This document shows positions 36,189 through 44,767 of a stretch of 56,400 nucleotides of DNA, in pieces (the first letter of the stretch is position 1; every line of letters starts with the position of its first letter). The notes beneath the pieces were generated by a model. The model was given only the letters and a program-made list of their open reading frames with translations, had not been told where the DNA came from and made no database searches. Position numbers and translations under genes: made by a program. Source of the stretch: an uncultured Candidatus Saccharibacteria bacterium (GTDB lineage: Bacteria > Patescibacteriota > Minisyncoccia > Phycocordibacterales > UBA9973); contig CAZRQQ010000002.1 in NCBI GenBank assembly GCA_964602465.1, positions 1 through 56,400 on the forward strand, written 5' to 3'.

Positions 36189-38432
36189 CTATTCAAAATG
36201 AAGTTTTTCGTAGTCTGCGACGATTGAGTGCAGGAGCGGGTAGCGAGCAAGCGTCGGATCTTCTCTGATAAGGGTGATCGCTTCTTGTCTTGCGATTTCG
36301 ACAAGCTTGGGATTGCGAAGCGCCTCCATACCGATGTCGGAAATGCCGGATTGTTTCAGACCGGTGAGTTCTCCAGTACCGCGCAGTTGCAAATCATACT
36401 CGGCAAGTTCAAAGCCACTTTTTGCTTTGATGAAATACTGCAAGCGTTCTTTAGTCTTTTCACTTTTGCTTTCGGTAAATAAATAACAGTATGGTTGATG
36501 ACTGCTTCGTATAACGCGACCCCGGAGCTGGTGGAGCTGTGAGAGCCCAAATCGCTCAGCACCTTCGATGATCATGAGTGTTGCATTGGGGACATTTACG
36601 CCGACTTCGACAACTGATGTGGCAACGAGGATATCGATGTCTTTTGCTTTAAACGAAAGCATGACCGCATCTTTTTCTGCGGGTGTCATTTTGCTATGCA
36701 GTGTGCCGATCGAATAATCGGGAAATACATCGCGCTCAAGCCTTTTTGCTTCTTCGGTTACTGATTTCAAATCCATTTGTTTTTTCATCGCAGCGCTTGC
36801 CCCGTCGGAGTCATCAGGCGAAGTGGGGTCAATGCGTGGACAAATGACGTAGAGCTGTCTGCCAGCTTTCAATTCTTTTTTGATAATCTCGTATGTCTCG
36901 TCGCGTTTTGTGGCATGTATGATTGTAGTGATGGGCCATTTGCGTCCAGCGGGCAGTTCATCAAGGATAGAAAGATCAAGGTCGCCATAGATGGTGAGTG
37001 CAAGTGTGCGCGGGATCGGTGTTGCGGTCATCGAAAGCAAATGCGGATAGTGCGCGTCCTTTTTGGCCAAGCCCTTGCGTTGTTGCAACCCAAAGCGATG
37101 CTGTTCATCAATGATCGCGAGTGCGAGATGTTTAAATTCGAGACTCTTTTGGATGAGTGCATGGGTGCCAATCACGATAGGGATCTCGCCGTTTTTGATC
37201 CATTTTTTGAGCTGGGGTTTAGAGATCGGAGTCCACGGCGTTTTGGATGAGAGGACTTTGGTGGGGAACTTGCGCGCGCCACTTCCGGTGATAAGTGCGA
37301 TGGAAATACCGGTGTTCTTGAAGAGTTCAATGAAGGATTCGAAGTGTTGGGTGGCGAGGATTTCAGTGGGTGCCATGTAGGCGACCTGGAGATTGCCAAA
37401 CGTTTGCCGTGCTCCGCGTAGCCCAGAGGGCGAAGTGGAGTGGGGGCGATTCATCACGGTTGCGTATGCGGCAAGCGCTGCGACTGCGGTTTTGCCGCTC
37501 CCGACGTCGCCTTCCAGTAGTCGTGACATGGGTGTATCCTGAGTCATATCGTCAAAGATATGCTGGACGGATTTCTGCTGCGCACCAGTGAGTGGAAAAC
37601 CAAACTTTTGGATGAAGTACTCCGTATCAACTGAATCCAGATCGATACTATACGCCTGACTACCCCTGAGAAGTGCGCGTTCTTTCTGTCTTGCAAGGTT
37701 GATCGTAAATATTTCTTCAAAGGCAAACCGTTTGCGTGCTTTGGTTGCATCGTCTTTGGATTTGGGACTGTGGATCCAAATGAGTGCAGACTTCAGCGCA
37801 GGAAGTGAGTATGATTTCAATACTGCTTCAGGAATGTGATCTTCGATAATGACAGTTGAAAGTGCGCGAGTGACGCAATGATGAAACCAGTCACTTGAGA
37901 TACCTTTGGTCTCCGGATAAATCGGCGTGAGGGGACCATTGTCATCATCATGCGCAAACAGTGAATCGTGACTATCGATCGGCAAGGCTTTTTCTCCCGC
38001 CTGCCCCCGACCAAACGGTAGGGCGGGCAGGTCGCGCATGTGTGGATTGGTAAGTGTCGGCTTGTCGTTATATATCGAGACTTTGCCGGTGAGTTCAACG
38101 ACCCGGCCGATAGAAAGCATGTTGGAAAGATAGGGTTGGTTGAACCAGACGACGCGCATGCTACCGGAGACATCTTCGATCACCCCTTCGGTCATGGTGA
38201 TTTTGCTTTTCCAGGCTTTCTTCGCGGCGAGTTTGGTGATGCGACCGCGCACAGTTGCTTCCTGCCCTTCAGATAGATTTGCGATGGAAGCGAATGTTGA
38301 GCTATCCGCGTAGCGGCTGGGGAAGTGATAGAGCAGGTCACGGATCGTCACAATGCCGAGTTTTTTGAGTCCAATCTTTGTATCTTCTTTCAGTCTGATG
38401 AGCGATGATATCGGCGCAGCGAGGGTCAACAT
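36189..38432 (-). CDS. recG: ATP-dependent DNA helicase RecG
   Basis: Wedge domain plus helicase motifs (GDVGSGKT, DEQHRFG). 747 aa. Confidence 0.93.
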   Translation of the reverse strand: MLTLAAPISSLIRLKEDTKIGLKKLGIVTIRDLLYHFPSRYADSSTFASIANLSEGQEATVRGRITKLAAKKAWKSKITMTEGVIEDVSGSMRVVWFNQPYLSNMLSIGRVVELTGKVSIYNDKPTLTNPHMRDLPALPFGRGQAGEKALPIDSHDSLFAHDDDNGPLTPIYPETKGISSDWFHHCVTRALSTVIIEDHIPEAVLKSYSLPALKSALIWIHSPKSKDDATKARKRFAFEEIFTINLARQKERALLRGSQAYSIDLDSVDTEYFIQKFGFPLTGAQQKSVQHIFDDMTQDTPMSRLLEGDVGSGKTAVAALAAYATVMNRPHSTSPSGLRGARQTFGNLQVAYMAPTEILATQHFESFIELFKNTGISIALITGSGARKFPTKVLSSKTPWTPISKPQLKKWIKNGEIPIVIGTHALIQKSLEFKHLALAIIDEQHRFGLQQRKGLAKKDAHYPHLLSMTATPIPRTLALTIYGDLDLSILDELPAGRKWPITTIIHATKRDETYEIIKKELKAGRQLYVICPRIDPTSPDDSDGASAAMKKQMDLKSVTEEAKRLERDVFPDYSIGTLHSKMTPAEKDAVMLSFKAKDIDILVATSVVEVGVNVPNATLMIIEGAERFGLSQLHQLRGRVIRSSHQPYCYLFTESKSEKTKERLQYFIKAKSGFELAEYDLQLRGTGELTGLKQSGISDIGMEALRNPKLVEIARQEAITLIREDPTLARYPLLHSIVADYEKLHFE

Positions 38433-38477
38433 GGGGGTATTGTATAGGAAAAGGGGTTCTTTGGTATACTTGCGTAT

Positions 38478-39113
38478 ATGGAAAACAATGGAATGGAGCT
38501 AGGAGGAAAAGAACAAGGTCTGTCAGAAAAGGAGCTACTTGAGCAGCAGCTCGCTGACAAAAAACAAGAATTAGAAGCAATGGAAGCCCGAGCTGGAGAA
38601 TTCTACGATGTGGAGTTATTTGAGGAATACAAAAATACGGTACTTGGAATAGCTGCTGAAATGCGAAAGCTATATTTTGAAACAAAAACAGGCAAATTAT
38701 ACGCAGAAGGAGAGAAAAGTCAGCAGGCGTATCAATTATTTCAGCAACAACAATTGAAACCAATCAGGGATTCGATGCTTGAGATTCAGTTCAAGATCAG
38801 TTCACTCAAAGACGTGGAGCGCAAAGCTGCAAAAGAAGCAGCGCAAAAGATTGCTGAAGAACAATTTACAAATGCTAAAAATGAATTGGAAGAAAAGCTC
38901 TTTAACGCACTCGAAGCGATCCATGCACAATTGCCACCAGTAGCTCGAGAAGTCGGTATGTCTACTGAAGCTGCGATGAATATGTATTTGCCGCGCCTTG
39001 TGTATAAGGCAGAAGAGATTGGGTTCTTCATGAATCAGCTCGAAGATGCTACCAATCCGTCACGACTCTCGATGTTACAAGAACGTATAGATGCATCAAA
39101 AGTTCTTGAGTAG
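38478..39113 (+). CDS. hypothetical coiled-coil protein
   Basis: 211 aa, Glu/Lys/Gln-rich with heptad character. Confidence 0.45.
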   Translation: MENNGMELGGKEQGLSEKELLEQQLADKKQELEAMEARAGEFYDVELFEEYKNTVLGIAAEMRKLYFETKTGKLYAEGEKSQQAYQLFQQQQLKPIRDSMLEIQFKISSLKDVERKAAKEAAQKIAEEQFTNAKNELEEKLFNALEAIHAQLPPVAREVGMSTEAAMNMYLPRLVYKAEEIGFFMNQLEDATNPSRLSMLQERIDASKVLE

Positions 39114-39118
39114 CATAA

Positions 39119-39150
39119 TAAAATCCCCCTCGATTGAGGGGGATTTTATT
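39119..39150. terminator. bidirectional terminator (atccccctc-gatt-gagggggat)
   Basis: Palindrome with A/T-runs on both sides between convergent genes. Confidence 0.6.
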
Positions 39151-39436
39151 ATGCGCGGCGGTTGTATCCACCTCCGCCCTGACCTTCTTCCTTTGGACGA
39201 GCCACTTGGACGAAGATTGCGCGGCCGTCGAGTTCGCTCTGATTGAGCTTCTCAACTGCTGCCTGCGCTTCAGCTTCACTTGAAAATTCGACGAAGCCGA
39301 ATCCCTTGCTCTTGCCAGTCATTTTGTCCATGATCACCATTGCGCTGGTCACGGTGCCGACTGAGCCAAAGTGTGCTGCTAAACCGTCATTGGTAGTACC
39401 CCATGAGAGGCTACCGACGAAAACTTTATTGTTCAT
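39149..39436 (-). CDS. RRM-domain RNA-binding protein with Gly-rich tail
   Basis: RNP-2 VFVGSL and RNP-1 KGFGFVEF motifs. Confidence 0.85.
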   Translation of the reverse strand: MNNKVFVGSLSWGTTNDGLAAHFGSVGTVTSAMVIMDKMTGKSKGFGFVEFSSEAEAQAAVEKLNQSELDGRAIFVQVARPKEEGQGGGGYNRRA

Positions 39437-39530
39437 TGAAATATTTCTTAACTAGCTAGTATCTTGCAACGCGCCTATGAGGAGGGTTACAACGCAAGCA
39501 GTATACCACACATGTGCCAAAAACACCCGC

Positions 39531-40106
39531 TTATCCCCGAGTATGGTCTTTGGGGAGGAAATAGAATAGTGCAGGGATCGCAATAAGGAAATAGGGCGCC
39601 CAAACCGAAAACGGCACGACAAGCATTGCCAAAAGATAAACTATTGGGCCAACAATACTTCGCCCCATCGGCACTCGGGTTTCACCAAGTTCTCGGTGAA
39701 CGAAATAGCGCATGAAGCTAAATGAAACCGAAGCAGCAAAAAGTATAAATGCATAGGTCAAAAGAGCAAGAGGGTGGAGCGGGTTAGTGCTTACAACTTG
39801 TGTTGCAAATGGGATAAGGGTGAGAAAGAGAAGGAAGAGGATGTTTGACCAAAGGATACGGCGATGCTTGATCGTACCAAAAAGCTGCGTGAGCTGGTGA
39901 TGGTTGACCCAAAAGATCGCAATCGTCACAAATGACAGGATGAATGTGACGATATTTGGGATGAGTGGTATGAGCTCGCGTGCAGCGCGTGCAATGTCCG
40001 TTGAGAAAAGTTCAGGGACACGAAGCTCGAGCGCAAGGAGGGTGATCGCGATCGCAAAGACGCCATCGCTAAATTGCTCAAAGCGTGACTTGGTGATCGG
40101 ATGCAT
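39531..40106 (-). CDS. TMEM175/DUF1211-family membrane protein (putative K+ channel). Start revised to the Met at 40106.
   Basis: RFEQFSDGVFAIAITLLALEL matches the DUF1211 signature. The longer ORF-track start would overlap a tRNA-like sequence. Confidence 0.6.
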   Translation of the reverse strand: MHPITKSRFEQFSDGVFAIAITLLALELRVPELFSTDIARAARELIPLIPNIVTFILSFVTIAIFWVNHHQLTQLFGTIKHRRILWSNILFLLFLTLIPFATQVVSTNPLHPLALLTYAFILFAASVSFSFMRYFVHRELGETRVPMGRSIVGPIVYLLAMLVVPFSVWAPYFLIAIPALFYFLPKDHTRG

Positions 40107-40281
40107 AGGGTAAGTATACGATAGAAAACACATAAAAGGTATGCTAAAGTAGCATGATTGGAGACGTGTCAGAGCTGGGTGAGAAATGAACTGCTTCATT
40201 TCGAACCGGCACACGAAGTGGTCGGACCACCCTGATACGCATGCCGGCACGCCGGGCTCCGTTTGAATGGAATGAATATAC

Positions 40282-40369
40282 GGAGATGTGTCAGAGTGGT
40301 CGAATGTGCCCCCTTGCTAAGGGGGTAGGTGTCAAAGCCTCATGGGTTCGAATCCCATCGTCTCCGCCA
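40282..40369 (+). tRNA. tRNA-Ser (anticodon GCU), CCA encoded
   Basis: Acceptor GGAGATG/CGTCTCC, anticodon arm CCCCC-TTGCTAA-GGGGG, long variable arm, T-arm ATGGG-TTCGAAT-CCCAT. 3' GCCA. Confidence 0.85.
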
Positions 40370-40398
40370 ACAACAGTTAGCACGACTTGCGTCGTTAT

Positions 40399-40432
40399 AA
40401 AGAACCTCGTGCCAACACGAGGTTCTTTGTAG
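40399..40432 (+). terminator. hairpin terminator after tRNA-Ser
   Basis: Perfect 13-bp stem aaagaacctcgtg / cacgaggttcttt with a weak T-run. Confidence 0.5.
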
Positions 40433-40433
40433 T

Positions 40434-41045
40434 TTGCGTAATAAAACCTCGTTCAAAAATGTTATTATTAAACCAATGAAAGAAGTACTCGCCATTATCG
40501 CTGCAATTCTGGCATTTGTCGGAAACATTTCGTACCTTAAGGATGTATTTAAGGGTCGAGTTCAACCACATCCGTACACATGGTTTATTTGGTCCATCGT
40601 TTCGATGACGACGTTTTTCGGTGGACTTGCAAAAGGTGCGGGTATTGGCGCACTTCCAACTGGTGTTGCCGAAGGCTTCACGATTATTATCTTTCTGTTT
40701 TCTCTGAAGTATCTCTTTGATGGAAAAGTGGGACACATCCGCAAAATCGACAATTACTTTTTGATTATTTGTCTGTTTGGATTGATTCCCTGGGCAATTA
40801 CCAAGGACCCAACCATATCGGTCGTGATTGTCGTTCTTATCGACATCGTCGCGTTCATTCCGACGCTTCGAAAAACATGGCAACATCCCGATACCGAAAA
40901 GCCGCTTCTCTATGAGATGAATGTCGCTCGGCACATTCTCACGCTGTTTTCATTGAATGCATACAATATCGCAACGATGTTCCACTCGATTGCAATGATT
41001 TGCACCAATACGCTTATGACAATGTTCATTAAACGAAAGAAATAG
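40434..41045 (+). CDS. hypothetical membrane protein (start probably MKEVLAII at 40476)
   Basis: About 6 hydrophobic helices. No recognisable domain. Confidence 0.4.
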   Translation: MRNKTSFKNVIIKPMKEVLAIIAAILAFVGNISYLKDVFKGRVQPHPYTWFIWSIVSMTTFFGGLAKGAGIGALPTGVAEGFTIIIFLFSLKYLFDGKVGHIRKIDNYFLIICLFGLIPWAITKDPTISVVIVVLIDIVAFIPTLRKTWQHPDTEKPLLYEMNVARHILTLFSLNAYNIATMFHSIAMICTNTLMTMFIKRKK

Positions 41046-41057
41046 TATAATTTCACT

Positions 41058-41570
41058 ATGACGTACAACATTCATCCACTGTTCGTGCATTTCCCCATAG
41101 CGTTTCTTCTCTTGTATTCTCTCTTGAGAATTCTTCCATTTGAGCGTTGGATTCCAACAATCGCATGGCGACAGGTCCGTTTCATCGTCTTGCTTGCGGG
41201 AGTGCTTGGTGCGATGGCTGCAAGCGCGACAGGAGAGATTGCTGAACACTTGGTACGTCCTGATCGACGTATTGTTGAGATGCATTCGCTATTTGCAACT
41301 GCTTCTACGTGGGTCTACGGCCTTCTTCTTATTGGAGAGTTTCTTGTGCTTTTGAATCCATATCTTGCACAAAAGTTTCCTAATGCAAGTTTGTTAAAGC
41401 TATTCCGTTTTGTTGAAAGTGTGCTTGCAAATCAAGCGCTTTCCATACTTCTCGCCATCGTAGGCGTTATTGCTATTTCAATTACAGGTCTTTTGGGGGG
41501 TGTAATGGTGTACGGAACATCTGCGGATCCGCTTGCTCCTGTAGTTCTTACACTGTTGGGAATTCAGTAG
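41058..41570 (+). CDS. DUF2231-like membrane protein
   Basis: N-terminal HPLFVHFPIAFLL motif typical of DUF2231. 4 TM helices. Confidence 0.5.
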   Translation: MTYNIHPLFVHFPIAFLLLYSLLRILPFERWIPTIAWRQVRFIVLLAGVLGAMAASATGEIAEHLVRPDRRIVEMHSLFATASTWVYGLLLIGEFLVLLNPYLAQKFPNASLLKLFRFVESVLANQALSILLAIVGVIAISITGLLGGVMVYGTSADPLAPVVLTLLGIQ

Positions 41571-41716
41571 ATATAACCCATCTCGTGCTAGCACGAGATG
41601 GGTTCGAATCCCCAATACACCGCCATTGACAGCTAGCACGAGATGCTTAGTTTGTAAGTGTTTTTATTGAGTCAAAAATTGACCCACTTGAGACATCTGA
41701 ACTTTGTATAAATACT

Positions 41717-41746
41717 AAAAAGAGTGACAATTGTCACTCTTTTTAG
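41717..41746. terminator. bidirectional terminator (aaaagagtgacaa-tt-gtcactctttt)
   Basis: Perfect palindrome with T-runs. Downstream of nirK on the minus strand. Confidence 0.6.
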
Positions 41747-41753
41747 TATTTAA

Positions 41754-43007
41754 TTAATGCATATCCATATCTTCAGTCATATTCATATCAATCTCAATCT
41801 TTTTAAATATCTCTGGGTTTTCATCTCCTGTCACCTCAAGCACAGCCCATGAGCCTTTATTCATTCTTGCTAACGCATGATCTACAAGTAAGTATTTACC
41901 AGGAACATCAACAGTAAACTCTACAATACTTGCACCCCCTGGAAGCACTGCTGTTGTCTGTACATTGCGTTCAATTGAGCCACCAATGTTTGCTTCTGGA
42001 TATACTGTATCGAATATTTCTCCAATCACGTGAAATGATGAGATGAGGTTAACACCGCCATTTCCTATATAGATACGAATCTTGTCTCCAACTTTTGCAG
42101 TTATTCTTGGAGTACTTTCGATTTTACCATTAAAGACGACATAGTTTGGTGTTCCAGCTAAAAGTGCATCTCCATCAAATGGAACAAGTCCTCGTTTTCC
42201 TGTTTTGCCTTCTGTATAAAATTCACCCTGAATCATGTAGAATTCTTTATCTACTTTTGGTAAGGCAATCTTTTGATCTTTTGGATCAACCATAATGAGT
42301 CCGTACTGGCCATGAGAATTGTGTGTACTGACGTTTGGCATAGCACAATGATAAATATACAATCCTGGGTTCAAAGCTTTCCATTGAAATGTCTTAGTCT
42401 CTCCTGGAGCAACATGAGTGATTGATGCTCCACCACCAGGACCGGTCACAGCATGCAGATCAATATTGTGATCATGTAAACTTGTCGGATCGTTAGTTAA
42501 CGATAGCTCAATAGTATCTCCTTCTTTTACTCGTAGCATGGGTCCAGGAACTTGTTTATTGTATGTCCAGTAGTTCATGTATATCCCCGGAGCCATTTCT
42601 GATATAACTTCTTGTGCTCGTAAATGTATGCGAACTATACCATCAGCATCGGGTATTTGCGGTTCACTTGGAACAGAATTCGGGTTGGCGGATATGTCAA
42701 CTATCTTCTCAAAGTTTTTTTCATACATAAAAAACTCTAAAATTTTACTAAAAGGAATAGCAGGTGCAATTCCGCCTGGAGCATGAGAGTGCATAAACAT
42801 TGGCATTGCGAAGTCAGGAGCATATGTACGATTTGATATGAGTCCAGCAAACAGAGCAATCACAAAAAGAGCAACTGGTATGTAAAGCAATTTTTGCTTA
42901 AAAATTGAATGAAAGTGAACCTTTTTCCATATATATCGCACAAGTATGACAAAGGCTATTAACCCAACTATTCCAGATATTATTTCAAAAATGAGATATG
43001 TAAACAT
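41754..43007 (-). CDS. nirK: copper-containing nitrite reductase NirK with N-terminal membrane anchor
   Basis: Type-1/type-2 Cu ligand blocks HDHNIDLHAVTG and YIYHCAMPNVSTHNSHGQYGLIMV match NirK. Two N-terminal TM helices. Confidence 0.8.
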   Translation of the reverse strand: MFTYLIFEIISGIVGLIAFVILVRYIWKKVHFHSIFKQKLLYIPVALFVIALFAGLISNRTYAPDFAMPMFMHSHAPGGIAPAIPFSKILEFFMYEKNFEKIVDISANPNSVPSEPQIPDADGIVRIHLRAQEVISEMAPGIYMNYWTYNKQVPGPMLRVKEGDTIELSLTNDPTSLHDHNIDLHAVTGPGGGASITHVAPGETKTFQWKALNPGLYIYHCAMPNVSTHNSHGQYGLIMVDPKDQKIALPKVDKEFYMIQGEFYTEGKTGKRGLVPFDGDALLAGTPNYVVFNGKIESTPRITAKVGDKIRIYIGNGGVNLISSFHVIGEIFDTVYPEANIGGSIERNVQTTAVLPGGASIVEFTVDVPGKYLLVDHALARMNKGSWAVLEVTGDENPEIFKKIEIDMNMTEDMDMH

Positions 43008-43024
43008 AAAAATTAGTATTTATA

Positions 43025-43396
43025 TTATTTATAAGGTATTTTACAATCCTCAAAACAGTGAGCATCACGGTTCAAGGTGAAATATTTTTCCCGACCAGAC
43101 ACTTTTGCATGTACAGCATTTACTGATTGGAGAACTTTAAGATGATGAGTAATAGTGGGTTGTCTTAGAGACATCTTATTCGTCAATTCTGTAACTGTTT
43201 GACCATTTTTTGATTTACCAAGTATACAAACCAAGTTGTAACGGCTTCTTTCGCCAACAACCTTGAAACAATCTGGACATAATTCCTTTTCGGACATAGA
43301 AGAAATTGGTACCCAGCTTGGGATTGGGTATGTTTTTTCTTGACTTTTATTTTTTATTACAGTCTGATGTATTTTTATATCTTTTTTTGCTTTCAT
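43025..43396 (-). CDS. ArsR/SmtB-family transcriptional regulator
   Basis: Winged-HTH pattern. RYNLVCIL...QTVTELTNKMSLRQPTITHHLKVL. Upstream of nirK in the same orientation. Confidence 0.6.
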   Translation of the reverse strand: MKAKKDIKIHQTVIKNKSQEKTYPIPSWVPISSMSEKELCPDCFKVVGERSRYNLVCILGKSKNGQTVTELTNKMSLRQPTITHHLKVLQSVNAVHAKVSGREKYFTLNRDAHCFEDCKIPYK

Positions 43397-43463
43397 ATAG
43401 ATAAGTATCTATGTTAATATGTATAGACCATTATCAATATAACATAATTAAGAAATAAAAACT

Positions 43464-44759
43464 ATGCCAAACACAGAAAATATTGCATCTTATACTCAAA
43501 ATGTCATCAAACGGGATGGTTCCATCCAGTCTTTTGATACAAAAAAGATAATCCAAGCAATCTACAAGGCGATGCTCTCTGTCGATAAGGGAAGCTTGGA
43601 TGACGCGAGATTTGTTGTCAAAAGTGTACTTCTTGATCTTGAAAAAAATCATGACCCTGAAGAAAAATACCCGAGCGTTGAGAAGATTCAAGATATTGTT
43701 GAGCAAGAATTAATGAAAAAAGAATTCTTTGATGTTGCAAAGTCATATATTCTATATAGACAGCAAAGAGCAGAGATGCGTAAACGTGACATTTTTAAAA
43801 AAAGAACTAATCTAAAGCCTTACGAATATCCCGAACTATATGAATATGTAAGCGCAATACGACATTCATACTGGATTCATACAGAATTTAATTTCACTAG
43901 CGACATACAGGACTTCAAAGTAAATGTAAATGAAAAAGAGAGAAATGCAATAAAAAACGCAATGCTTGCTATCGCGCAGATCGAAGTTACTGTTAAAACA
44001 TTTTGGGGTGATATATATAAAAAAATGCCGAAGCCTGAAATTGGTGCTGTCGGATTTACTTTTGCTGAAAGCGAAGTTAGGCACATGGATGCGTACGCTC
44101 ATTTGCTTGAGATACTTGGATTAAATGAAGAATTTAAAAAAATAAAAGAAATTCCTCCACTTATTGATCGTGTCAGATATCTTGAAAAAGCAATAAAAAA
44201 TTCTCGAAGTGAGGATCCTAGAGAATATGCTCAGGCCATTTTGCTTTTTTCTCTTTTTATTGAACATGTTTCATTATTTTCTCAATTTCTTATTATTATG
44301 TCATTTAATAAACATAGGAATATTTTCAAGGGAATATCAAATGCTGTCGAAGCAACTTCTAAAGAAGAACAAATACACGGGCTCTTTGGTATCGATGTTA
44401 TCAACGTTATAAAGAGTGAGCATCCAGAATGGTTTGATAAAGATTATGAGAATACTATTGTCGAGTCCTGCAAGGAAGCATTCGAATCAGAAAAAAAGGT
44501 TGTTGATTGGATACTTGAAATGGGGGAAATCGATTTTATACCAAAAAATGTAGTGCTTGAATTCGTTAAGAATAGATTTAACAACTCTCTTGCAAGTATC
44601 GGTATCTCTAGAATATTTGAAGTTGATAAAAATCTTTTGGAAAAAACTGATTGGTTTGATGACGAAGTTATTGCAACGAAGCACGGAGATTTCTTCGTGA
44701 AAAGGTCGATTAATTACAATAAGAGAAATCAAAGCGTCACAGGTGACGATTTGTTCTAA
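43464..44759 (+). CDS. nrdB: class I ribonucleotide reductase beta (radical-generating) subunit with N-terminal ATP-cone
   Basis: N-terminal VIKRDGSIQSFDTKKIIQAIYKA (ATP-cone). Ferritin-like di-iron ligand motifs E..H (ESEVRH, EEQIH). Confidence 0.75.
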   Translation: MPNTENIASYTQNVIKRDGSIQSFDTKKIIQAIYKAMLSVDKGSLDDARFVVKSVLLDLEKNHDPEEKYPSVEKIQDIVEQELMKKEFFDVAKSYILYRQQRAEMRKRDIFKKRTNLKPYEYPELYEYVSAIRHSYWIHTEFNFTSDIQDFKVNVNEKERNAIKNAMLAIAQIEVTVKTFWGDIYKKMPKPEIGAVGFTFAESEVRHMDAYAHLLEILGLNEEFKKIKEIPPLIDRVRYLEKAIKNSRSEDPREYAQAILLFSLFIEHVSLFSQFLIIMSFNKHRNIFKGISNAVEATSKEEQIHGLFGIDVINVIKSEHPEWFDKDYENTIVESCKEAFESEKKVVDWILEMGEIDFIPKNVVLEFVKNRFNNSLASIGISRIFEVDKNLLEKTDWFDDEVIATKHGDFFVKRSINYNKRNQSVTGDDLF

Positions 44760-44767
44760 TTAAATAT

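Noticed and set aside
39531-40250. 239-aa version of the TMEM175-like ORF
   Set aside because: The N-terminal 48 codons have no family similarity and would overlap the tRNA-like sequence at 40160-40262. The conserved domain starts at the Met at 40106.
40282-41632. Interpreting the tRNA-Ser and the 41604-41632 fragment as definitive attL/attR of an integrated element
   Set aside because: The shared 15 nt (ATGGGTTCGAATCCC) is largely the universal T-loop consensus. The bracketed segment has no integrase and is only 1.2 kb. It is kept as a hypothesis in the findings, not called as a mobile element.
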